Positions 1 to 16,200 of a stretch of DNA of 64,000 nucleotides are shown here, one piece after another (within the stretch, counting starts at the first letter, position 1; every line of letters begins with the position of its first letter). The stretch comes from the human T2T-CHM13v2.0 reference genome, Homo sapiens: assembly GCF_009914755.1 (NCBI RefSeq), contig NC_060929.1; one strand, given 5' to 3'. The position numbers and the translations under genes were made by a program. The notes under the pieces are model-generated. The model saw only the letters and a program-made list of their open reading frames with translations, searched no databases and was not told where the DNA came from.

Positions 1-258
1 ACCCCTCTGAGACAAAGCTTCCAGAGGAACGATCAGGCAGCAACATTTGCTGTTCACCAATATTCACTGTTCTGCAGCCTCTGCTGCTGATACCCAGGCA
101 AACAGGGTCTGGAGTGGACCTCCAGCAAACTCCAACAGACCTGCAGCTGAGGGTCCTGACTGTTAGAAGGAAAACTAACAAACAGAAAGGACATCCACAC
201 CAAAACCCCATCTGTACGTCACCATCATCAAAGACCAAAGGGAGATAAAACCACAAAG

Positions 259-1500
259 ATGTGGAAAAAACAGAGCAGAAAAGCTGAAAATTCTAAAAAT
301 CAGAGCGCCTCTCCTCCTCCAAAGGAACGCAGCTCCTTGCCAGCAATGGAACAAAGTTTGACGGAGAATGACTTTGACAAGTTGAGAGAAGAAGGCTTCA
401 GATGATCAAACTTCTCCAAGCTAAAGGAGGAAGTTCGAACCCATCGCAAAGAAGCTAAAAATCTTGAAAAAAGATTAGACGAATGGCTAACTAGAATAAC
501 CAGTGTACAGAAGTCCTTAAATGACCTGATGGAGCTGAAAACCATGGCATAAGAACTACGTGACGAATGCACAAGCTTCAGTAGCCGATTTGATCAACTG
601 GAAGAAAGGGCAGCAGTGATTGAAGATCAAATGAATGAAATGAAGCGAGAAGAGAAGTTTAGAGAAAAAAGAGTAAAAAGAAATTAACGAAGACTCCAAG
701 AAATATGGGACTATGTGAAAAGACCAAATCTATGTCTGATTGGTGTTCCTCAAAGTGACGGGGAGAATGGAACCAAACTGGAAAACACTCTGCAGGATAT
801 TATCCAGGAGAACTTCCCCAACCTAGCAAGACAGGCCAACATTCAAATTCAGGAAATACAGAGAACGCCACAAAGATACTCCTCGAGAAGAGCAACTCAA
901 AGACTCATAATTGTCAGATTCACCGAAGTTGAAATGAAGGAAAAAATGTTAAGGGCAGCCAGAGAGAAAGGTCAGGTTACCCACAAAGGGAAGCCCAACA
1001 GACTAACAGCAGATCTCTCAGCAGAAACTCTACAAGCCAGAAGAGAGTGCGGGCCAATATTCAACATTCTTAAAGAAAAGAATTTTCAACCCAGAATTTC
1101 ATATCCAGCCAAACTAAGCTTCAAAGTGAAGGAGAAATAAAATCCTTTACAGACAAGCAAATGCTGACAGATTTTGTCACCACCATGCCTGCCCTACAAG
1201 AGCCCTGAAGGAAGCACCAAACATGGAAAGGAAACACCGGTACCAACACACCAGTACCTCAGTGTGTGAGGTGTCAGTCTGCCCCTACTGGGGGGTGCCT
1301 CCCAGTTAGGCTACTTGGGGGTCAGGGACCCACTTGAGGAGGCAGTCTGTCCAGTCTCAGATCTCAAACTCCGTGCTGGGAGAACCACTACTCTCTTCAA
1401 AGCTTTCAGACAGGGACATTTAAGTCTGCAGAGGTTTCTTTTGCCTTTTGTTCGGCTATGCCCTGCCCCAAGAAGTGGAGTCTACATGCCAAATTTTAAA
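259..1500 (+). pseudogene. Disrupted L1 ORF1 (ORF1p RNA-binding protein)
   Basis: MWKKQSRKAENSKNQSAS start, early TGA at ~402, fragment 715-1140 (KRPNLCLIGVP...YPAKLSF), a frameshift, and an insertion at 1246-1483. Confidence 0.9.
1262..1486 (-). mobile_element. Inverted L1 5'UTR fragment inserted near the end of ORF1
   Basis: Reverse complement reads TGTAGACTCCACTTCTTGGGGCAGGGC...GGGAGGCACCCCCCAGTAGGGGCAGACTGACACCTCACAC, i.e. L1PA 5'UTR. Confidence 0.93.
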
Positions 1501-1562
1501 GACCATCGATGCTAGGAAGAAACTGCATCAACTAACGAGCAAAATAACCAGCTAACATCATA

Positions 1563-5394
<3,832 letters not shown>

Positions 5395-5650
5395 ACAATG
5401 AGAAGACTTGGACACAGGAAGGGGAACATCACACACCAGGGCCTGTCGTGGGGTCGGGGGAGCAGGGAGGGATAGCATTAGAAGATACACCTAATGTAAA
5501 TGATGAGTTAATGGGTGCAGCACACCAACATGGCACATGTATACATACGTAACAAACCTGCACATTGTGCACATGTACCCTAGAACTTAAAGTATTAAAA
5601 AAAAAAAAAAAAAGAATGTCCTATGTGCCCAGTTAAAACATCTTATTTTG

Positions 5651-5955
<305 letters not shown>

Positions 5956-6403
5956 CTATTTTTAGGAAAATATGAATACGCAGTAAGAATTCCATATAAA
6001 ACTGTTTTGAAATTTCCTGGAATGTTTTTGCTAATATTCTAAAGGAAAAAATCTTAAGGAAATATGAGTTTTATGAAACCTGCCTTACTCAAGAGGACAT
6101 GAGCAGCCTTCTCTTGTTAAAAGGCTCTTACTTTGTATGTACATCCATTGTTCATCTATTCTCTCAAGCCATAAATTCTTTAAAAAGATGAGAGTTTTGC
6201 TTTGTTTTGTTCTTTGCTTTTGTCTTCAATGTTATTAGAAATCCTATCTGAAACTATTGCTTGAATTTTTAAAAAAAGAAATTATTACCACATTAGGATC
6301 CAGATTTGGTTGAATTTTCTTGGTCATGAAATACATCTGTGATACTGGGCAAACCATTTAGTTTCTCTGGAGCCAAGTTTCCTCATCTGAAATGTAAGGA
6401 GCT

Positions 6404-6764
6404 TAATATGGTTTGGCCATGTCCCCACCCAAATCTCATCTTGAATTGTAGTTCTCATAATCCCCACGTATCCTGGGAGGGACCCAGTGGGAGGTAATTA
6501 AATCATGGGGGTGGCTGCCCTCATGATGGGCTTGTGATAGTGAGTGAGTTCTCACAAGATCTAATGGTTTTGTAAGGGGATTTTCCCCCTTTGCTCGGCA
6601 TTTCTCCTTCTTGCCACCATGTGAAGAAGGACGTGTTTGCTTCCCCTTCCACCATGATTGTAAGTTTCCTAAGGTCTCCCCAGCTCTGCAGAATTGTGAG
6701 TCAATTAAAGCTTTTACCCAGTCTCGGGTATGTCTTTATTAGCAGCATGAGAACAGTCAGTACA
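6404..6764 (+). mobile_element. THE1D-like MaLR solo LTR
   Basis: TAATATGGTTTGGCCATGTCCCCACCCAAATCTCATC ... GAGAACAGTCAGTACA. Confidence 0.9.
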
Positions 6765-6836
6765 AGTCTTATTAGCAGCAGAATTACACATCCCAAGAAC
6801 TCCTACTATATAAAATAAAGAAAATTCCCCTCATCA

Positions 6837-7125
6837 GGCTGGGCATGGTGGCTCACGCCTGTAATCCTAGCACTTTGGGAGGCCAAGGTGGGAGGATTGC
6901 TTGAGCCCAGGTGTTTAAGATCAGCCTGGGCAATACAGTGAGACCCCAACTGTACAAAATTCAAAAATTAGCTGGGTATGGTGGTGCATGCTTGTGGTCC
7001 CAGCTACTTTGGAGGCTGGAGTGAGAGAATCACTTGCACTGGGGAGGTCAAGGCTGTTGTGAGCTGTGATTGCACACTGCACCCTAATTTGGGTAACAGA
7101 GTGAGACCCATCTCAAAAAAAAAAA
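6837..7125 (+). mobile_element. AluJ
   Basis: GGAGGATTGCTTGAGCCCAGG, dimeric, A tail, TSD ending CCTCATCA on both sides. Confidence 0.92.
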
Positions 7126-9189
7126 TCTCCTCATCAGAAAGGAGTGGGGAGCACAGAGCTGTATGTGTTTAACTTCAACTTCATTCCTACTACCTCCACC
7201 CCATTTACCAACCTTATTCCTACCTCGTCCTTAGGGAAAAAATAAAATTTACTGAATGTGATCATCTTTAATGTACCTTCCAGCTTTTAACAATGAACAA
7301 AAATAGGAACAAGGAGGGTGAATACTTTGTTAAATTTATTGCAAGATTAAAGTTCCTTCAAAAAGCAAGATAAATTAACGACTTCATTATGCACATGGAA
7401 AACTTTGTGATTATTATACCAATATGATTATTATACTACTATTGGTTTCTGCCTTTACATTCTAGGTGAGAAAAAGTATCAGTCACTTCATAGACTTTAA
7501 GATAAGCAACTCAGATCTATCCGAGTTTGGAAATGTTCTAATCCATGTAAAAAGTTAGAATAACAGATTTTCTGAAGCCCAAGAGAAATAGATTGAAACA
7601 TTAAAATTCCAGTCCAATTTAGATACTGCAAAGACATTGCCTGCAAAGGCAAACATCATACCTTTGAGATAGAATAGCAAAGGTAGAATATAATTTTATT
7701 TTGTTTAATAGTTTTCAGACCTATGCAATTATCTTTTTTGTTTCTAACTCTCAAACTTCAGACCCAATATTACTGTTAATTATTCTGCTCAAATTGAGTG
7801 ACACTTAAGTGTCAGAGGCCCTGGTGATTTTCATATAGAACATTGTCCCTGAAACACAAAGTCCCAAGCAATTGTAATTACTCTGGTTAATCCTCACTTC
7901 AGCAAAGTTATTTAGTAGTCATTGTTCCATTTACTGGAAAACATTTACCACAGTAACCTAAACCTTTCAGACAGTGCCAGAAAGCCTCAGAGGCCTAAAG
8001 TATTAAGCATTCCAGCTATAGCATACACAAAAGAAACTGTTAAACAAATGAGAAGATAAATGTTACAAATAACATTTTAAAAAATGTATTCCATTCATAA
8101 GACATATGCTATGTTATGCTGCCAAAGATGAATATTTATTTCAAAGACGACTTTTTTTTTTTTTTTGGTCTGTTGAAGTGACATCAGCAAGCAGGCAAGT
8201 AGAACAGCCCTAAAACCATTAGTTGGTTACCTGAATTTTGTGCCCCTCCTTGAACAACTGACACGACCTTTTACTGTGGTTTTAAGGCTTAGGTGCCCAT
8301 TCATTAGGTTGACAAACTTGTCAAAAGCCTCCAGGACTTTGTCAGTTATGTCAGAAACACTTACAAGAGAGACAGTACATGTCAGGATTCAACTGAGTCC
8401 TGTCAACCACTGCCAAAATGACAAAAAAAACCCTTCTGGGGAAAAAGGGTTGTAGAGAAATATGAGCCCTCCCACTCAGGTTCTGTTGACTCGCCAACCC
8501 AGTCATACTTGTGCAGTTCAGAGCAATTCTGTCTCTGCTACTTGAATGCCTTAGTCTTTCTGGATGCATTTTATGATGTATTTTAAGAATCCCAAATTCT
8601 TCCGAATGCTTTGGCAGTCACAATGAAAGCTGATCAACCCTAGTTTTTGATGTAGAATCCAAACACAAGCCCATATCTTGACGAAGGACAGTTAAAACAA
8701 AATGCATGATTGCGAAAATCCAGAAACAAAAACAAAAACCAAATTCAAGTAAATAAAGCTGGGAAAATGTTCAGGCATAATAATGAAATGATTTCTATTC
8801 TGACAAGGAAACATGGAATGTAGGTAGCTAAAATAATAGAGAGGTGCATTAAGTATTTTCATTGAAAAAATTTACAACTTGAGGATTGGCAAAAGCCAGA
8901 TAAGTGGCAATAAGACAAACTAAAATATTTCTATTTAGACATCAATAAGTGACTTCTGTAAATGTTTCTGATATAACTGACATATTCCTGGAGCTGGAAC
9001 TATTTTCATAGAATTTAAAATGTTTTAAAATTAGAATGCTTACGTTATGTGAAAGACATGGAGGAACAAAGTAACTCAGAATAAAAATTTTAAAAGGGTT
9101 AAAGATAGAAGTGCGGGCAATAAAGTAGATTCTAAATCCCCCCCCCAGGCTGCCAGTGTAGCAGTCTGAAAACTGCTCTTCTGAGAATT

Positions 9190-9475
9190 TCTTTCGAGCT
9201 TCATGCATTCCAGTTGAATTCTGCCAACAGGAGGGACTTGCATGAGATTAGAAGGTGAGAACAAGAAAGATAACAGAAGCATTGGTAAGAGTGTGGGCTC
9301 CTTAGATCCTGCTCAAAGCAAGGGTTCTGACAACATTAGCAATGAGGGCAGATTCATAAGCTCTGGATAAAACCACTTTATCCCTTTTGCTTCTCCAGCC
9401 CATCCTTCACTTTGATAACCAATTCCTCATATTAAACCCCAATAGAGTAGTTTCTGCTTCCCTGATTAAAAGATC
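9190..9475 (+). mobile_element. Old ERVL LTR fragment (LTR33-like)
   Basis: CCCTTTTGCTTCTCCAGCCC and ATAACCAATTCCTCATATTAAA...AGAGTAGTTTCTG resemble the LTR33 3' part. Confidence 0.45.
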
Positions 9476-10354
9476 CCAAAAATTGTTTCATTCATGTTTA
9501 CCACTCAGTTACAAAGGTGAGAAATAAAGACCTGTCATTCTACTAGCCTTGGGGCAAATGATCGCCATATCTATTGTATCAAAAATAACAGTAAAATTCC
9601 CCAAGTGTCTGGAAGAGTAAACTTTAGGGGACTGTCCATATACAAATAGTTTATTTATATGAAATAGCCTATTTTACACAAGATGTATATATGTGATTGC
9701 TTTTAGTATCATCTCACATTGCAAATTTAAATACACAAACAATTGGCTTTGGTACCTTAAAAAAAACCCAAATAGTCATAGGACACTCAGATGTTAAACT
9801 TAAAGACAAGCTAAAAATCAATTTGCAGCAATGCAATATATTTGAAGACATCTGGGAAATAATGTGACCTCAGGAACTTGCTGGAATGCTTCTATCAAAA
9901 ATGACTGAATCAGTATATCCCTAAAGCTAAAAGACAGAGCTGAAAATATATGGAAGCTCAGAATGTCAGCAGAAAAGCAAACTTCACAAGAAATTCATGT
10001 GGAAAATAATTAGTTTTACTGGTCATACTTGTCCACTTAGGAGAGCTCACAGCTCACATATGTTTGTTTGCTTTGGGTTTATTTTTAGGACCCATATTGT
10101 TTCAAAAGAAAATTAAAGTGAATTGCAAAGATGAATATAATAGAGCAAAATAAGAACAATCAAGAGTAAGAATCATATAGCATAAATAAAGACTGGGAAA
10201 ATAAGATGGATGTAGGACAAAATACATATGGTAATAAAACTTTCTAGCAGCCAGTAAGATGACACAGATGTGATTCATTACAAGTTTTAGATTCCCCATA
10301 AAGTAGAAAAATGTAATAGCAGGTGCAACTATTCCTATTCCTGAGACAGGTAAT

Positions 10355-10612
10355 AATAATATTAGTAATATTATTACTTATGGAACACTTGTCTCTGCTA
10401 AACACTGTCCTAAACACTTTACATAAATCCATATGTTTGATCACAAACAAAACTGTTAAACAAGAAGTACTATTGTAATCTCCATTTTACAGATGACGAA
10501 ATTGAATCAAAGTAAGAGCAAATGCCAGGCCTAAGCTGTTCAGCTAGGAAATACAGGAGTTGGGATTGGAGTCCAGACAGTCTGGCATCACAGTCTATCT
10601 TTTTAACCACTA
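10355..10612 (-). mobile_element. MIR SINE
   Basis: Core CTCCATTTTACAGATGACGAAATTGA plus GGGATTGGAGTCCAGACAGTCTGGC. Confidence 0.8.
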
Positions 10613-10768
10613 TATTTATAAAATGTCCAAGTAGTGATCAAAATATCCCTATAGTAAACTTGGAGATGGATTCCAGAAGGTCCCTTTCTTGTGTCACAAG
10701 GCCTTTGGCATCAGACCAAAGCACAGATCTAGAAAATCAATACTAGAAAGTAAAATGATGTGGCCCAG

Positions 10769-11185
10769 TGATACAGTTTGGATGCTTGTCCCTTCCCAAT
10801 CTCATGTTAAAATGTCATTCCCAGTACTGGGGGTGGGGCCTGGGGGGAGGTGATTGGATCATGGGAACAGATCCCTCATGAATGACTAAGCACCATACCC
10901 TTGGTGATGAGTGAGTTCTCGCTCTGAGTCAACACAAGATCTGGTTGTGTAAAAGCACATGGCACCTCTCCCCATTCTCTTGCTCCCACTCTCACCATGT
11001 GACGTGCCTGTTCCCCCCTCACCTTCCGCTATGATTGTAAGTTTCCTAAGACCCTCAGCAGAAGCAGATGCTGACACCACAATTCCTGTACAGCTTGCAG
11101 AACTGTGAGCCAGTTAATCCTCTTTTCTTTATAAATTACCAAGCCTCAGATATTCTGTTGTAGCCATGCAAAATAGACGAATACA
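10769..11185 (+). mobile_element. MSTB-like MaLR solo LTR
   Basis: TGATACAGTTTGGATGCTTGTCCC ... CTTTATAAATTACC ... AATACA. Confidence 0.88.
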
Positions 11186-11460
11186 CTCAAGTACCCAGCT
11201 CTTTGTTCTTTTAGCTTAATCCATAGTTAGGCTGTTACCCAGGTGTTGTAAACACCAGCACTTGTAGGGAACAAACAGATAATCTAAATCAGACAGGCAA
11301 CCTAAATCAATGATTTAAGGAATAAGGACAATAACCAAAGAAGGAATTGTTTCTCAAGTCTGGGTGTTTGTTGCCATGCAGGGATATGTGCCTAGTCTTG
11401 GTATATTTTTTTTTTCCAGGGACATTTATATTTTATGCAAATTGTACATTCCCTGTTAAA

Positions 11461-11491
11461 GTGTGTGTGTGTGTGTGTGTCTGTGTGTGTG
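11461..11491. repeat. (GT)n microsatellite
   Basis: GT run with one interruption. Confidence 0.95.
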
Positions 11492-12929
11492 CCGTTGTGT
11501 ACACACGCACATGCGCTGGATAGAGAGAACATGTCCATAAGGTGGATTTGATCAAGAAGTCTCCAGGTTATCACTCCTACTTTAGGGTAGCTCGAGCAGT
11601 GTTTCTCAAATTGTATCCACATCAACATCTGAGAGAGGCATCAACATCTGAGAGAGGCATGAATCACACACACAAAAAAATCACCCTCACCTTGGGAACA
11701 AGGCCCTCCTACAGAGAGGATGTAAGAGTTCCCCCATTCCTCCTTCCCCCTTTTTCCTGTACATCCCCAAATTCCATTCAATGAGAATCACTGATTCACA
11801 GAGATGAATCTATTGCTTTTCTCTCAGGCAATCCTCCATAAAGTTTGTTTTTCTCTACTAAGCTTTAGAAAAATATTGGAAGGGTGAGAGTTTGGAACTA
11901 CATTCCCTGTTAAGTACCACGAGTACCTACAATGCAGCTATGTTGGGCAGCCAGGTAAATGCAGAGCCGGTGTGAGAAAAATAAACCTCTCTACATATTC
12001 TTTTGTGAAATTTGCGTTGCCTAACCAACCAAATTTTGTTGCCGAGAGGCAAACCGAAGGGTTATCAGCTCATAAGCAAAATCAAAGTTTTCTGTAGAAT
12101 GTAATTCTAGGTTTATTCACACGGTAATGAAAGAAAAAGAGAGAGAATAAATATGAGTTTCTGTGATTTTATGTCATAACTGGGGAAAAAGAATTGTAGT
12201 CTTAAAATCCCTTCATTCATCTTGCTTTTCTCAACCACTATTTTTCCTAAGTCAATCATATGGCAAATGTGCTCAGGGGAAAACTCTAAAAATATTTAAA
12301 ACAATAACAGAAGGGAGGAGGTATCATTTTTACTATGTTCAGAATATCCCAACAAAATGTTAAAGGAACCAGCAGGGAGCAAATAGCTAAAATATAAATT
12401 CCGTTATAATATGTCTCCAATTTATTCTTAGTGTTATTAGTCAACACTGCCATGTCCAATGGTAAATAAGTTTGCTAAGGTTTCTTTACTTAGAGTTCCT
12501 GAGAACATGTCAAAGACATGCATAATTATCAGTACAACAGCTATCATGTCATGTAGTTTTATGCTGAGTGCCTAAGACAGCACAGAAGAGTAAAAACAAT
12601 CCCGTCAACACTGAAGGGCAGTGTGATATGGTGTAGACAAGTGGAAAATTGGAGTACTCACTAGAGAAATCCCAACCAAGCAATGGATTATAGGAAATTA
12701 AAATCTACTTCTAGAAAAGGGTACAGGGTTGCAAGGAATGACCATCATCTCCCATTCTCTGATCCTGGGCATCACAGCACCGACAAGCAAAACTGCTCTC
12801 CCTATTTTAACATATGATGGTCTCTACAAGAAATAAAGTCCCCAACACATGTTACAGCAGATTGGAAGGTACAGTTGTCCCCCAAAGCCCTCCTTGGTTT
12901 CATTATGCTCTTCCCACAGAAAAAAAAAA

Positions 12930-13280
12930 GTGTTCATCCCAGCATTACTTATAGTTCTTAAAACCTAGAAAAGATGATGTATAAACAATAAAGCAAGGAT
13001 GGAAATACATTATAATACAGCTAACATTATGCAGCCTTTTAAATACTTTCCAAAGGTTTGCAATGAGAAGAGGAAATACCTATGTTACAACAGTACGTGA
13101 AAAGGACAGAAGATAAAACTGATTACACAGAAAGGTCTCACATATGTCAACCTGGATATGGAAAAACATTAGCAGTGATTACTTCCAGGTGGTAAAGTGA
13201 AAAGTGTGTTTTCACCATTTTATTTTTTCCTTCTGTGTATTTCAAATGTTGCTCAGTACACATGCAATGATTTTTATAGA
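12930..13280 (+). mobile_element. Ancient L1ME-type 3' fragment
   Basis: ATTATGCAGCC, ATTAGCAGTGATTACTTCCAGGTGGT and a T-rich end typical of L1ME 3'UTRs. Confidence 0.5.
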
Positions 13281-16200
13281 ACCGCAAAATTCAAACTTCT
13301 TATAGACCTATTGGCCCTGAAGATATGGATAATACATGGACTGACGTTCTTCCTGCCAAGAAATTCTGCCTTCTACAGGTGAAAAGAAAAAGTATAGTCT
13401 TACAGGGTAACAATAGACAAAGTCCTTAAGTCTCTCTCTGGATTTTCTGTTTCAGTCACACACAAAGCACTATCTCTAAAGTCCCCATCTAGTGACACTA
13501 AAACACCCAGGAACTGCAAACACCACAGAGAGGTAGCCTTCATTTCTTATTGACTGGCTTTTCTTCATTTACCATCACATAAAGATAACATCTACTCAAT
13601 TTGTTGAGGCAATTTTGTGATGAAAAACTGATGAAGTTAAAGTCATTAGCATTGTTGCAGAAATATTTAAGATGTAACTCACATATTTTTGTAGTCTTCG
13701 CCAAATTAATGTTATGCATGAAGGATAAAAGGGAGACAATAGGACCTCCAACAGAATTATATTTCTTTTGAATCAATGATACAGAAATGAATTGGGCCAT
13801 TTGCAACACTTCCTATAGTATTAAAAAAGAGAAAAATTTAATACTGCGAAGAAATTTAGGTTGGCAATTTGCAATTATTAGTCATTGATTTTGTGCAAGC
13901 ACTGTCTATGCTGAATGCTTCTGTAGGGATAAGATATATTTAAATATTGGGACTGAAGTTGGCTAAGCCTACACTTCTCTGATTAAATAATACATCAATT
14001 TCATCCATGTTTTTTTTTAGTTCCTGCAACTATGAAGTGTTGTTCACTAAGATCATAATATAGAAAATAGTCATTTGAAGTCATCTCTGAGAAAAATGAA
14101 ATGCCAATTAAGGTTAAGACTAGCTTTATCATTAAATCCACCTGGTGCTGTTATAAAATAACAGCTGCCAGTTTTGTGTGTTTAAACCATTAGAATTGGC
14201 AGTTAGCCCCACCTCATAGAAGAGGTAAGTGTGGCTCATGAAGTTTAAGTAACTTGTTCAAGATCACACAGACACCAAATTTTGCAAATCATCAGCTGCC
14301 CACTCTGTATTGATAGCCCAGTACTTTAGAAAGTAAAGACATTCTTTTCATCTTATTGTCCAATTATGACTTCACAACTTTTTCACTTATCTCTACTTAC
14401 TTCACTCTCTCTAATCACAGACTGGCTTCCTATATATAAACTTCACATCTCCAAACATCTAGTGTATTTTCTCTCCTAAAAAAAAATCCAGCAGAATTTT
14501 TTATTCATCCTGAATAATACGATACCACTCCCCGGACCAATCAAATGTGGCCTGTGGGTGAGGTCTCGTGAGAAACGCATGCTCTCTTTCTTCCAAATGC
14601 AAGCCCTTTTTGTTAGAGTAGAGAAAGAAGTAGTTCTACAGAGGAGGGAGAGTCTTCAAGGTAACAAAATAATCAGTATCCATTAGAGTGTAATAAACAA
14701 CTATAAGTAAATATAATGAAATACAGTTTGTGATTTAAACCGTATGATTTTTTTCATTCACTTAACTTTACGATTCTTTGCCACTTAACAGCAGAAGCTT
14801 TGTATCATTATGTGAATAGAAATAATATAGGAAGAACAAAAAGACAAATTTTTAAATTTTGATCCTAAGTAGATTAGATCTATTAAGGCAAATAGCAGAA
14901 ATAACATTCTCACTTTTGGTTACTAGAGCTACATTAGTGAATTTTTAAAAAATATTCTTATGAATTCCAATGGCTTAGATTTAAATATCAACAGTCAAAT
15001 CCCAGAGGAATTAGAGCATAAAAGGTAATGCCATAAAACAAAGTATGGAAGAATAATGACTATTTTCTCTGACAGAAAAAAAGACCAACTATAGGTGAAT
15101 ATAAAAAGAGATGTATCAGAGAAATTCCACCAGCACTTAGATGCTGAGAAGCTCCCAGTAAATCCTTGAGCCTGGATGAGTCCTTAGAAGGGGTGTATGC
15201 TACAAAATAATTGAAATTGTGATAGAAAACAGGCAGTAATCCCCAAGCCAAAGGGGCAGTTACATGGCTTTCCCAGGCTTGATCTAGGAGACGGCAAACT
15301 TTTTAGGGAGGCTGGTGATCCAATACGAATCCCCAGTGGCTGATGCCTGTGTCCAGGTAAATGCTTCCGAAGGCAGCAGCCACAAAGAGTTCTTTCTACC
15401 CCTGGGTATGGAGAAATAGCTATTTCTTGAGGTAGATGGCATAGGCTAGTAAACTACAAGGGATGTCCCAGTCTCAGAGAAGAGAGAAACTGTCATGCAG
15501 CTGACAACTGGAGGCCAAGGTGGAAGTACTGACCTTCACCACAGATGCATTTGGAATTACAAAAGTTATACCCAAAAGCAAGAAGAAGGAATCACACTTC
15601 AGCAGAAGGCAATAAAGATCAAAGGCCACCATAGACCAGCGGTGCACCTCATACCGCACCCTCAATGCCATGAAATTTAGGGAAGTCGCCCAAATGCAGT
15701 TGCTAACAGGGAAAAAGCAATGAATGAAAGGGTGGTAGTGGGGGTAAGTTCTGAACTGAGAGAGTAATTACCCCAAAGTGACTGAGTTTAAAATTGGATG
15801 TGACTGTGTTGGCTTACAAGAGCTAGAACAAGGCACCTACAGCCAAGCAAAAATGAAAGCTTATGAGTTCAATAGGATTTTAAAGAAATAATCACATTAT
15901 GTTTTTGAACAACCTGGATTGTGACTGCGTAAAATAACCATTATGAATATGTAATGTATTTTTATATATGCACTCATTTTATATGCCTGTACATGCATTT
16001 ATATGCGTACATAAAATCAAATGTGGAGTATTTGATTTAGAGTGCTAAATTAATATAATTTTAATTATGAAAATATTTAAATGAATTACATTGTCTCTTT
16101 CTTAAGCTGAGCATTGCTCATCTGTGGAATTTTTTAAAATTTATGTGATAATGAGCTCAATAATCTCCCTTACTTCCCCTGAACAAGGCAGGGATTCACC

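Noticed and set aside
8231-8390. Stop-free minus-strand stretch ending at a CAG|GTAAC donor-like site
   Set aside because: Only ~50 codons, no convincing acceptor and no recognisable homology.
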